Below are positions 51,384 to 60,138 of a DNA stretch of 64,000 nucleotides, one piece after another. The notes beneath the pieces were generated by a model that worked only from the letters and a program-made list of their open reading frames with translations, had not been told where the DNA came from and made no database searches. The first letter of the stretch is position 1; each line of letters starts with the position of its first letter. Source of the stretch: a virus (lineage: Duplodnaviria > Caudoviricetes); the IMG/VR virus record IMGVR_UViG_3300032234_001062, positions 13,060-77,059 of that record; one strand, written 5' to 3'. A program made the position numbers and the translations under genes.

Positions 51384-51710
51384 ATGGACGAAAATTATAA
51401 TTCCCTAGGACTTGAGGGTAATCAAGAAAAATATGATGAAAATATAAAATATTTTCTTTCAAGAATTGAAGATTTTAAAAGTAAATCTTGGGAATCAATT
51501 GGTCACGTTGTTGACGTTTCAGTAACTAATTTTGTTTTATTAGAACATTTCCTAACTATTATTATAACTAAAATGATTGAAAAAGAATTTTCTAGTGAAG
51601 AGAAAGTTAAAGATAAAAAAATTGAAGAAGTTTTTCAAAATTTATTAGATGCATTTAGTCTTTATAAAGATGATATATTAGAAATTCTGAATAAAGAAAG
51701 GAGAGAATAA
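51384..51710 (+). CDS. Hypothetical protein
   Basis: 108-aa ORF preceded by TAGACA-N17-TAATAT and TATAAATA. Confidence 0.7.
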   Translation: MDENYNSLGLEGNQEKYDENIKYFLSRIEDFKSKSWESIGHVVDVSVTNFVLLEHFLTIIITKMIEKEFSSEEKVKDKKIEEVFQNLLDAFSLYKDDILEILNKERRE

Positions 51711-51712
51711 AA

Positions 51713-52513
51713 ATGAAAACAATAATAATTGATGGGAATTATGTCCTTCATAAAAATTTTTATATTTTTAAGAATTTTAAAAATGAAAATTATATGACAG
51801 GAACTACTTTCGGATTTATTAAGGATATATTAAAATTGAATCAAAGGTTTCATACTAGAGATATTCATGTAACTTGGGATTCTAAATCTTTTAGAAAAGA
51901 TATTAATTCTGATTATAAGAGTAATCGTGTTCGTGATCCAGAAAATAATCCTTATCAAGATTTCAATTTAGTACAAGAGGCTATTGATAGTTTAGGTATT
52001 AAACAATATAAAGTCAATGATATGGAGGGAGACGATTTAATTTATAGTCTTTCTAAAAAGTTTTCAGATGTAATTATTTATTCTCGTGATAAAGACCTTT
52101 TTCAATGTATTAATGATAATGTTAAGATATTAACAGACTTAGATGGGGAATTAATTGGTGAAGAAGAATTTGAAAAAAATTATGGTTTTAAGTTTTCTCG
52201 TGATAATTTTGTTTTATATAAATGTGTTGTAGGTGATGGAAGTGATAATGTTAAAGGAATTCCTAGATTTAGAAAAAAAGACATTGTAGAATATATAAAT
52301 ACTGGGATTATGAAGCAAAAATCATTTAATGTTTTTAATGAAAATCAAGAATTAATTAATAATAACAAAAAAATGTTTGAATTAGTTAATTTAGACAAAT
52401 TAGAACCAATATTTGAATCTCAATATGATAGTGACAAAATAAATAAAGTTTTTGATAAAACTAAGATTAAATTTTTAATTTCAGAAGAAATCAAGACTTT
52501 TCAGGAAAAATAA
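51713..52513 (+). CDS. 5'-3' exonuclease / flap endonuclease (T4 RNase H / PolI N-terminal type)
   Basis: 266 aa. IIIDGN, FRK....YK.NR, EGDD.I, SRDKDLFQ, GDGSDNVKGIP motifs. Confidence 0.92.
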   Translation: MKTIIIDGNYVLHKNFYIFKNFKNENYMTGTTFGFIKDILKLNQRFHTRDIHVTWDSKSFRKDINSDYKSNRVRDPENNPYQDFNLVQEAIDSLGIKQYKVNDMEGDDLIYSLSKKFSDVIIYSRDKDLFQCINDNVKILTDLDGELIGEEEFEKNYGFKFSRDNFVLYKCVVGDGSDNVKGIPRFRKKDIVEYINTGIMKQKSFNVFNENQELINNNKKMFELVNLDKLEPIFESQYDSDKINKVFDKTKIKFLISEEIKTFQEK

Positions 52514-52570
52514 AAAAAATATAAAAAAACATTTTGCTTTTTATATAATAAATATATATAAGGAGCAAAT

Positions 52571-53488
52571 ATGGCAATAAGAAACCCTTCACCTGAGGAA
52601 CTTGAAAAACTTTTAAATAAAGATGTAGAAAAAGTTTCAATTAATACACCTACATCTATTAATGAAAAAATAAATAATAATAAAGTCAATAATAATAAAA
52701 GTGATAATAATATCACTAATTCTCCTAATGATTTAAAACCAAAAAGATCAAGATTTGAACCAGATCCTATAAAATGTAGTTTAATTTCAGGAAGTAATTT
52801 TATTCCAGAAGGATACATTTTTGTTAGAAGATTGAATACTGAGGAAGAGTCTAAATTAAGTCAAATTAAAGATTCTACAACTCTTAATTCAACTATTAAC
52901 GCTATTTTTCAAACAGCAATTAAAAGTAATATTTCTATTAGTGATATGCCAATAATAGATAAAATGTATATTTTTGCTTTTATTTTAAATATTTCTTATG
53001 TTAAACAAATTAATGCTAATGATTTAATTAATTGTGAAGACTGTAATGATAAATATCGTAATAATATTGACTTTATTGATGACATAAAAATTAACTGTTT
53101 AGAATCAAGTAAAACTCCTTTTAATTTAACTTTAGAAAGTTTTGATAAACCTTATCAATTGTGTTTTAATTTACCAAAAATAAAAAATGAAAATTCTATT
53201 TATAATAAAGATGTAAGTGAAATTATTTCTTCTATAACAGTATTTTTAAGAGATGAAAAAGGAATTGATATTCCTCAAGAAGAATGGATAGAGATTTTTA
53301 AGTGGATTGATAATGATGATAAAAAAAGAATCACAGAAATTTTGACAGATATATCATCTTATGGAGAAAATGTTAATCTAAAAATTGAAAAATGTAATAA
53401 TCCATCTTGTAGAATAAAGGGTACAGTTAAAAAAATACCTATGGATGAATTATTTGGTAAGATGTTTTCTTCAATAAATGATAAATGA
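52571..53488 (+). CDS. Baseplate hub assembly protein (T4 gp26-like), copy 1
   Basis: 305 aa. L.SG...I.VR.L..EEE..L...D..YIF..I..IS plus CxxC/CxxxxC motifs; AAGGAG RBS. Confidence 0.6.
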   Translation: MAIRNPSPEELEKLLNKDVEKVSINTPTSINEKINNNKVNNNKSDNNITNSPNDLKPKRSRFEPDPIKCSLISGSNFIPEGYIFVRRLNTEEESKLSQIKDSTTLNSTINAIFQTAIKSNISISDMPIIDKMYIFAFILNISYVKQINANDLINCEDCNDKYRNNIDFIDDIKINCLESSKTPFNLTLESFDKPYQLCFNLPKIKNENSIYNKDVSEIISSITVFLRDEKGIDIPQEEWIEIFKWIDNDDKKRITEILTDISSYGENVNLKIEKCNNPSCRIKGTVKKIPMDELFGKMFSSINDK

Positions 53489-54396
53489 TTAATTATTACA
53501 AACCAATATTACTACCTTCTAATGGTATACCTTATGATCCTATTATTCATATAAGAGAACCAAATGTTTCTTTACTTTTAGCAATGAGGACTAATTTTTT
53601 ATCTAATTCAGAAAACGACATAATGTTTTCAATTATTAAAAAATTTTCTTCTATTGAAAGTCCAGAAAATCTTTATTATAAAGATATTCAATATGTTTGG
53701 TTTTTATTTTTATCTATGTTAAATAATAGTAATGTAATTAATATTCCTCATGTTTGTTTATATTGTAATAACTCGATAACCATAGAAATAAATACTTCCG
53801 AGTTAGAATTAAAATATGCTGATAATGATGTTTTTAAAAATAAAATATTTGAATCAAATAATTTTATTTTTGAATTTAGAAAAAGATTATTTAAAGATAA
53901 TATCATTACAGGATTAAATAATATTGGAAATGAAGAGATATTATCTAATATTGTTAATTTTTTAAAACCACAATGTATTAAAATTTATTATAATAATCAA
54001 GAATATGATAATGATTTTTTAGAATCAGCTTTATTAGAAATAGGAATAAATGATAGTTCTGAGATTTTTAATCAATTAAAAAAAGAAGAAGATTGGGGAT
54101 TAAAATCTTGTTTTGATCATACTTGTAAAAAATGTAAACAATCATCAGAAGTTTTAGTGAGTGATCCATTTAGAAGTTCTTTATATTTTGCAGGAATTAG
54201 TAATAAAAAAATAGAATTATTAGATAATTTATTAAGCATAGCATCTTTTAAAATAGTAAGTCTTAATGAACTGTTAGAATTACCAATATCTTTATTTGAA
54301 TCAACTGTTAATAATTTAACTAAAATAATAAAGAAAAAATATGGCTCTAAAGATTCATTTGATTACTTAGATTATTTTGAACAAGAATTGGGGTAA
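53485..54396 (+). CDS. Baseplate hub assembly protein (T4 gp26/gp51-like), copy 2
   Basis: 303 aa. LLPSNG...IREP...D..Y.W...L plus CLYC and CKKC; distant paralogue of the upstream gene. Confidence 0.55.
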   Translation: MINYYKPILLPSNGIPYDPIIHIREPNVSLLLAMRTNFLSNSENDIMFSIIKKFSSIESPENLYYKDIQYVWFLFLSMLNNSNVINIPHVCLYCNNSITIEINTSELELKYADNDVFKNKIFESNNFIFEFRKRLFKDNIITGLNNIGNEEILSNIVNFLKPQCIKIYYNNQEYDNDFLESALLEIGINDSSEIFNQLKKEEDWGLKSCFDHTCKKCKQSSEVLVSDPFRSSLYFAGISNKKIELLDNLLSIASFKIVSLNELLELPISLFESTVNNLTKIIKKKYGSKDSFDYLDYFEQELG

Positions 54397-54404
54397 TTAT
54401 ATAT

Positions 54405-55082
54405 ATGTATATAGATAAAAAAGGAAGACAAGAAATGGAGGAATTAATGTTACAATTCCTTCAAGAAAGTGATGTTGGAAAAAACATGACTAGGAAAGCA
54501 GAAAGAATAATGTCAAAATTTTACACTAAATATGTTGATAAAATCATTAATGGTGTTATTTTTTCTCCTAAATTTAAATTATATTCTTTTGGTGATCCTG
54601 AAGATTTATTTCAAGTTGGCAGAATTGAGGTTTATAAAAGTATTATTAAACAGCAATGGATTCCAGAGCGAGGATCTATTTTTAATTTTATAACAACAGT
54701 TGTTAAAAAGAATTTAACCTGGCATACAATTAATCAATCTAAAAAAAGTAATCGTATGAGTGATTTAGAATTTGAAAAAATTATTAACAGTAATGATTTT
54801 TCATATTTAGAACATAACGATAATTTCTTTTTGATGCAATATATCTTTGATGAAATAGATGCTTTTTTCTTAGGAAAATCTAAAATGGAAAAATTAAGTA
54901 AAATATTTATTGAATATTGGAAAATTAATAATGGTAAGAAATTCATTAAAAAGAATTTTATTGAGTATGCTTCTACTTATACTTTTTCACCTTCTTTATG
55001 TCATGCTTTCTTTTCAAACTTAAAAAAGATACAAAGCGTTAAAAAAATAATAAATCAAATAGAACAAGAGACCCAAAAATAA
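54405..55082 (+). CDS. Phage sigma-like transcription factor (sigma70 region 2-like)
   Basis: 225 aa. EDLFQVGRIEVYKSI...WIPERGSIFNFITTVVKKNL resembles region 2 (EDL.Q.G..G...A...FDP..G..F.TY); no obvious region 4. Confidence 0.7.
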   Translation: MYIDKKGRQEMEELMLQFLQESDVGKNMTRKAERIMSKFYTKYVDKIINGVIFSPKFKLYSFGDPEDLFQVGRIEVYKSIIKQQWIPERGSIFNFITTVVKKNLTWHTINQSKKSNRMSDLEFEKIINSNDFSYLEHNDNFFLMQYIFDEIDAFFLGKSKMEKLSKIFIEYWKINNGKKFIKKNFIEYASTYTFSPSLCHAFFSNLKKIQSVKKIINQIEQETQK

Positions 55083-55085
55083 ATT

Positions 55086-55730
55086 ATGGCCAAATATAAT
55101 TTATATCAAATTTTAAATATCATTTTTGAAGAAAATGAAAATTTAGATCAAACAGAAGAAGTAGATCAAGATAAAAAAGATAATCAAACAATTCAAGAAT
55201 TTATTAAAACTTATTCAATTTTAAAAAATATTAAAGAATTTACAATTTCATTCGGATATAGCGACTTAGGTTTAAATGAAGAACAAGATTTAGAAAGCAT
55301 TTCTTCAGAAGATATTAAAAGTATTCCTGACATTGAAACTGAAAAAGAAACTTTACAAATAAACAATCAAAATGTTTTAAAAATTTTAAATTTTATAAAA
55401 AGAAAAATTACTGTTAAGATGATTAAAAAACCAAAAGATCAAAATAATAGAACAATGATTCTTCCTTTTATAATTAAAATGTCTTGGACTTATGCTGGAG
55501 TTAAATATAATTTAAATTCTAATTATTTTAATAAAAAATTAACTGTTACAGATTATAATGTTAATAATAGTACTCATCAAGTTGATAAAATTAATCGTTT
55601 TATCTCTAGACGAAGTGTTATTAAAAATTCTCCATTTCGATTATTAGGTTCAATCTTAGTTTATAATGATTGGGCTTATGATTGGAGCATTAAAGATATG
55701 GAACAAGATTTACCCAATCGAAAAATATAA
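55086..55730 (+). CDS. Hypothetical protein
   Basis: 214-aa ORF tightly packed in the operon. Confidence 0.75.
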   Translation: MAKYNLYQILNIIFEENENLDQTEEVDQDKKDNQTIQEFIKTYSILKNIKEFTISFGYSDLGLNEEQDLESISSEDIKSIPDIETEKETLQINNQNVLKILNFIKRKITVKMIKKPKDQNNRTMILPFIIKMSWTYAGVKYNLNSNYFNKKLTVTDYNVNNSTHQVDKINRFISRRSVIKNSPFRLLGSILVYNDWAYDWSIKDMEQDLPNRKI

Positions 55731-55742
55731 AAAGGAAATATA

Positions 55743-56105
55743 ATGGATAGAGAACTTAAAAAGAATGAAACAGCAGATATAGGAATTGTATTAAATCGTT
55801 TAGCTGATTTACTTGAAAAAACGCTCTCTATTTTTGAAGATACTCGTCAAAAAGCTGTTGATAATCATAATTACTTTAAAGGTTTAATGGAGAATCATCA
55901 TGAAGAGGATTCTACTATTAGTGAAGATGGAGTTTTAGAAAAAGCAACTAATGATTCAATGAAACTAGTAATTGAAAGTTCTAAAGCTCTTGAACATCCT
56001 ATAAATACATTAACTAAAATTTTAACAGCTAAAATGACTCTTGACGCTGCAAAAGAAGGTGCAGGCATGATTATGAAACCAATTAATATAGATGATTTTA
56101 AATAA
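55743..56105 (+). CDS. Probable terminase small subunit
   Basis: 120-aa helical protein overlapping the TerL start by 1 nt. The assignment rests on position and size only. Confidence 0.45.
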   Translation: MDRELKKNETADIGIVLNRLADLLEKTLSIFEDTRQKAVDNHNYFKGLMENHHEEDSTISEDGVLEKATNDSMKLVIESSKALEHPINTLTKILTAKMTLDAAKEGAGMIMKPINIDDFK

Positions 56106-57934
56106 TGGAAGAAGAATTATTTAGAGAAAAATATAACTCAGATTTATTAGTATCTGAGAAAATGTGTGAAGAAATAGATTATAAACTCCGTCAATTAGGT
56201 AATTTAGAAAATCCAAACATTAATACAGTTAAAGCTGTAGTAAAAGAATGTACTAACGTAGAAGAAAAAAGTGCTTTTTTATTTTTTACTCGAGCTTTTG
56301 GATACGTTCCTCATCCTACAAGAGGAAAAGTATCTATGTCAGAGTCTATGTATAATTGGCAAAAAATTGCAGCTGTAAAATTTTTAACTGGAACTCGATT
56401 TATTTCAAAAAAAGTTCGTCAAATTGGTGCTACAACTTTTGTTTCTACTTATTTTTTATGGAGAGCACTCTTTTACGGAAACACTAGTTCTTTTATTCTT
56501 TCATTAGGTTCAAGAGAATCAACAGACGTTCTCAGCAGAGTAACTTTTATGTATAATAATTTACCTAATTGGTTAAAAACTCCTCTTTTAGAAGGCGCAA
56601 AAACAAGTATTAAATTTAAGAATAATAGTAAATTTACTGCTTTGCCTGGAACTCCTGACGCTCTTAGAGGACGTTCTTCTACTTCTGTTATTTTAGATGA
56701 GTTTGCTTTTTTAAATAATGCAGATAAAATACTTTCGGCAGCTGTTCCATCTCTTTCTATGGGATTTTTAACTCCTTTTTCTAATATGTCTTTACCATCT
56801 CAATTATTTATTATTTCAACATTTCCTTTAGTAGAAAGTGATAATAATGAATATGTACGTTTATATAAAAATTCATTACATGGAGAATCGGACTTTAAAA
56901 TACTTTCAGTATTTACAGATGATATTCCAGAATATAATGATAAAAATTGGCGAAAAAGCATGTTAGAAACTTTAGGACCTAAAAAATATGCTGTAGAAAT
57001 AGAAGGAAGAATGAATTCATCTATGGATAATTCATTTTTTCCAGAATATGTTATCGCTGAATTAACTCCAACTAAACCAATAAGAACAGATTTTTTAAAA
57101 CAAGAAGATGTAGATGAAGAAGGATATGCTAAAAATATAGATTTATTAGTAAAGGCTAAAGAAAACTTTGAACCTTCTATAGGTTATATAAAAAGTCTTT
57201 GGGTCTGGAAAGATCCTTTAGAAAAAAAAGAATATGGTATTACTGCTGACGTATCTGCGGGCGTTGGTAGTGATTACAGTGCTATTCATGTTATTGATTT
57301 AGAAACTTCTGAACAAGTAGCAGAATTTTACTCTAATAAAGTATCTTTAGAAGATTTTAAAATGATAATTAAAACATTATCTGAGTATTATAATAATGCT
57401 AAATTATCAATAGAAAGAAACTCTTTAGGTGCTCCTCTTTGTTCTTATTTTTATGAAACGTTAAAATATGAAAACTTTTATTTACATAGAAGATCAAAAA
57501 GTACTTATGTAGAAGGTTTTCCTGTTACTAGTGGAAATAAAGGTAGCATGTTAGCAAATTTACAAGGTGCATTAACAAATAAAGAAATAAAAATTAATTC
57601 TATAAGAACTATAAATGAAATTAGAACTTTTGCTTTTTTAGATAATGGAAAATTAGGTGCTAGTCAAGGTAATCACGATGATTTAGTTATGTCTTTAGCG
57701 CAATTTTGTTTTTTAAGAGAAATATTTTTTAATACTCAAATCATTTCTGACTATGGAGATGATTTTATGCAAAGAGTAGAACAAGAAGCAGAATTAATTA
57801 GAAAAAAACACTATTCTAATGATATTTTTAGCTCCGATCCTTCTAGAGAAAGAGAAATGAAAAATTTAATAGCAGGTTATTCTGTTGATCCTGTTTCTTT
57901 AGAACAGTGGAGACAAATACACGATGATTTTTAA
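56105..57934 (+). CDS. terL: Terminase large subunit (T4 gp17-like)
   Basis: 609 aa. KKVRQIGATT (Walker A region), VILDEFAF (Walker B), GITADVSAGVGSDYSA, IERN, HDDLVMSLA (RNase H-like nuclease). No intein seen. Confidence 0.96.
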   Translation: MEEELFREKYNSDLLVSEKMCEEIDYKLRQLGNLENPNINTVKAVVKECTNVEEKSAFLFFTRAFGYVPHPTRGKVSMSESMYNWQKIAAVKFLTGTRFISKKVRQIGATTFVSTYFLWRALFYGNTSSFILSLGSRESTDVLSRVTFMYNNLPNWLKTPLLEGAKTSIKFKNNSKFTALPGTPDALRGRSSTSVILDEFAFLNNADKILSAAVPSLSMGFLTPFSNMSLPSQLFIISTFPLVESDNNEYVRLYKNSLHGESDFKILSVFTDDIPEYNDKNWRKSMLETLGPKKYAVEIEGRMNSSMDNSFFPEYVIAELTPTKPIRTDFLKQEDVDEEGYAKNIDLLVKAKENFEPSIGYIKSLWVWKDPLEKKEYGITADVSAGVGSDYSAIHVIDLETSEQVAEFYSNKVSLEDFKMIIKTLSEYYNNAKLSIERNSLGAPLCSYFYETLKYENFYLHRRSKSTYVEGFPVTSGNKGSMLANLQGALTNKEIKINSIRTINEIRTFAFLDNGKLGASQGNHDDLVMSLAQFCFLREIFFNTQIISDYGDDFMQRVEQEAELIRKKHYSNDIFSSDPSREREMKNLIAGYSVDPVSLEQWRQIHDDF

Positions 57935-58524
57935 CGATATAATTTATTTTTAACAGTTAAAATATTTAATAGAATTTCTAATTTTTCATGTGGAATAGTA
58001 AAATAAAAGGATAAAGAATCTACAACTTCATTAATAATATTTTTTATTTCTCTTATATCATCAACAGATAATTGATTATTTTTTATTTTTTGTTTTATTA
58101 AAGTAGAATTTTCATCCCAAAATTCAATAAATTCTATTACTATTTTATTATGATTATATTTTTTTAAAGTTTTTACTATACTATTTATTTGTTCTATTAT
58201 AGATGTTTCATCGTTATTATTTTGATTATATTCTATTTCTTGAATAATTTTATTTTTATATGTTAATAAATTTAATAGAGTTTCTAATTTTTGATGTGGA
58301 ATAGTCCATTTTAAAATCAAAGAATTAATAACTTGAGAACTAATTTCTTTGATTTCATTTCTATCTTTTTCTGATAATTCATTTTTTTTAATTTTATCTT
58401 TTATTAAAGATAAATTATCTTGCCATGATTTTAAAAAATTCATCACTAAAGAATCATCTTTATAATCTTTAATTAAAATTATTATTTCATTTATTTGATT
58501 TTCGATTGATTCTTTATTGTTCAT
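57931..58524 (-). CDS. Hypothetical protein made of two ~95-aa tandem domains
   Basis: Start ATG 58524 (MNNKESIENQ) preferred. Halves end in WTIPHQKLETLLNLLTYKNK and FTIPHEKLEILLNILTVKNK. Confidence 0.75.
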   Translation of the reverse strand: MNNKESIENQINEIIILIKDYKDDSLVMNFLKSWQDNLSLIKDKIKKNELSEKDRNEIKEISSQVINSLILKWTIPHQKLETLLNLLTYKNKIIQEIEYNQNNNDETSIIEQINSIVKTLKKYNHNKIVIEFIEFWDENSTLIKQKIKNNQLSVDDIREIKNIINEVVDSLSFYFTIPHEKLEILLNILTVKNKLYR

Positions 58525-58525
58525 T

Positions 58526-58900
58526 TTAAAATGATGTTCCTCTATCACAATTAGATATTACAATTCCTTTTTTACATTCAAAAAAAGTATTAGTAAATTC
58601 TAAAACTTTGTTAGGATCATATTCAGCACAACTAAATACATCTAAATAAATTTCACCAATGTTTTCAGCAAAATGAGCAGTGATTGAGGAGGTTTCTATT
58701 GCTTGTAAAACAGTAATTCCATATAGTTTTTCATCATGTGAGGCAAATTTTTCAATCCAAGTTTCACCATACATTTTCATATTAATTTCATCACATAATT
58801 CTTTAATATATTGTTTAACAATTTCAGGATTACTGATTTTATCTTTATTTGCTCCATTAAAATCAAAAGCACAAGATAAACCCCAAGCTTTTTTATTCAT
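58526..58900 (-). CDS. Pyruvoyl-dependent S-adenosylmethionine decarboxylase homologue, divergent type
   Basis: 124 aa. GITVLQAIETSSITAHF...YLDVFSC retains the autocleavage Ser, His and Cys. Confidence 0.85.
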   Translation of the reverse strand: MNKKAWGLSCAFDFNGANKDKISNPEIVKQYIKELCDEINMKMYGETWIEKFASHDEKLYGITVLQAIETSSITAHFAENIGEIYLDVFSCAEYDPNKVLEFTNTFFECKKGIVISNCDRGTSF

Positions 58901-59261
58901 CTAATAAACCTCTACTTATTCTAGATATTTTTTTTATTTTTGGTCTTAATACTTGTACAATAAAATCTATTCCATCAAAAGGTTTACATGTTTTTCCACA
59001 TGTAAAAATATCAAAATGTCCATAACCTATTTCAGGATAAGTATGAACGCTACAATGAGATTCTGATAGAATCCAAATACCTGTAACTCCTTGAGGTTCA
59101 AATTTATGATCAATATATTTAAGAGGGGTTGCACCGCTAAATATTGAAGCGTTTCTTAATAATTCTTGTATTTTTTCAGGATCGTTTAATATGTTATTTT
59201 CACAATCCCATAAATCAGCAATAATGTGTTCTCCCTCAGAAAGGAAATCTTCTTTCTCCAC
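58893..59261 (-). CDS. speD: S-adenosylmethionine decarboxylase proenzyme (SpeD/SpeH type)
   Basis: 122 aa, GTG start. HKFEPQGVTGIWILSESHCSVHTYPE...DIFTCG is the canonical motif. Confidence 0.92.
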   Translation of the reverse strand: MEKEDFLSEGEHIIADLWDCENNILNDPEKIQELLRNASIFSGATPLKYIDHKFEPQGVTGIWILSESHCSVHTYPEIGYGHFDIFTCGKTCKPFDGIDFIVQVLRPKIKKISRISRGLLDE

Positions 59262-59307
59262 TATCTTTCATTTTCCTCCAAAAAATAAAAAATTTTTTTA
59301 AATTATT

Positions 59308-59517
59308 TTAATCTTTACTGAATATGTCTTCTATCTTTCTTTTTTGTTTTAAAATATCATCTTCTTGTTTTGTAATATTTTTTAACATGTTATTTTTTTG
59401 ATTTTCAAGTATAGAAAGATTTCTATTATACTCTTCTAATTGATTTTTAAAAATAGACATTTCTTCTGGAGTATAATCTTTTTTAACTTCTTTTAAATAT
59501 TTTTTAAATTCTAACAT
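59308..59517 (-). CDS. Small coiled-coil protein with a capsid-targeting-like N-terminus
   Basis: 69 aa, GAGG RBS, MLEFKKYLKE. Confidence 0.7.
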   Translation of the reverse strand: MLEFKKYLKEVKKDYTPEEMSIFKNQLEEYNRNLSILENQKNNMLKNITKQEDDILKQKRKIEDIFSKD

Positions 59518-59584
59518 ATTTTCCTCTACTATTATGATATATAAAAATATTTTTATGATATAAAAATATTTTTCTTATAAAAAA

Positions 59585-60121
59585 TTACTGACACTCTTTT
59601 TTTTCTATCTCATTTATTTTATTTTTTTCATTTAAATCAAATTTTAATTCATATTTATTTACTATTTTAATGAATGTTTTTACATATAAACAGCGATTAT
59701 AAGGAGGCATCCACTTATCTGGACCCTTAGAACCTTTACTACGATTACTATAAACAGATAATAGAACTAAATGATGTTCATCTGAATAATTATTAGCGAA
59801 ATCATTTCTTTGTTTATCAGTCCATTGATCAGCTCCATGTTTATATGCCCACTTTAATGGAACTGTATGATCCACATCTAATCTTTCTGGTTCATCAAAA
59901 TATTTATTTTCCCAAATAGAATACCATCTACCACTTAATATATTACATTTTTTAGAGTCCATAGTTACCATATCTTTTGAATTATCAATTAAAATATGTT
60001 CTCTAACAGTAATACATCCTCTAACAGTATTCCATCCTTCTCCAAATTTATCACGAGAATACTTTTCTTGTCCAAAAATTGAACAAGAAAATAGTAAAAT
60101 CAGAATTATTATTTTTTTCAT
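59585..60121 (-). CDS. HNH endonuclease (DUF1524 / GmrSD C-terminal type) with N-terminal signal peptide
   Basis: LDVDHTVPL.WAY.HGA..W....R.DFAN...L...S...NRSKG.KGP..W.PP. ATG 60121 gives MKKIIILILLFSCSIFG|QE. Confidence 0.85.
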   Translation of the reverse strand: MKKIIILILLFSCSIFGQEKYSRDKFGEGWNTVRGCITVREHILIDNSKDMVTMDSKKCNILSGRWYSIWENKYFDEPERLDVDHTVPLKWAYKHGADQWTDKQRNDFANNYSDEHHLVLLSVYSNRSKGSKGPDKWMPPYNRCLYVKTFIKIVNKYELKFDLNEKNKINEIEKKECQ

Positions 60122-60138
60122 TATAATTATATATTTAT

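Noticed and set aside
48644-57934. Inteins or introns in the ligase or TerL
   Set aside because: Both have normal length and contiguous motifs, with no intein splice-junction or LAGLIDADG signatures.
36344-58904. ORFs 36344..36571, 44619..45005, 50095..50331, 52501..52818, 54734..54946 and 58680..58904
   Set aside because: Antisense overlaps with well-supported genes.
59528-59580. Short duplicated AT-rich motif (ATGATATAAAAATATTTTT-like, twice) as an operator or origin
   Set aside because: Almost entirely A/T and not distinguishable from background without statistics; more simply part of the promoter region of 59517.
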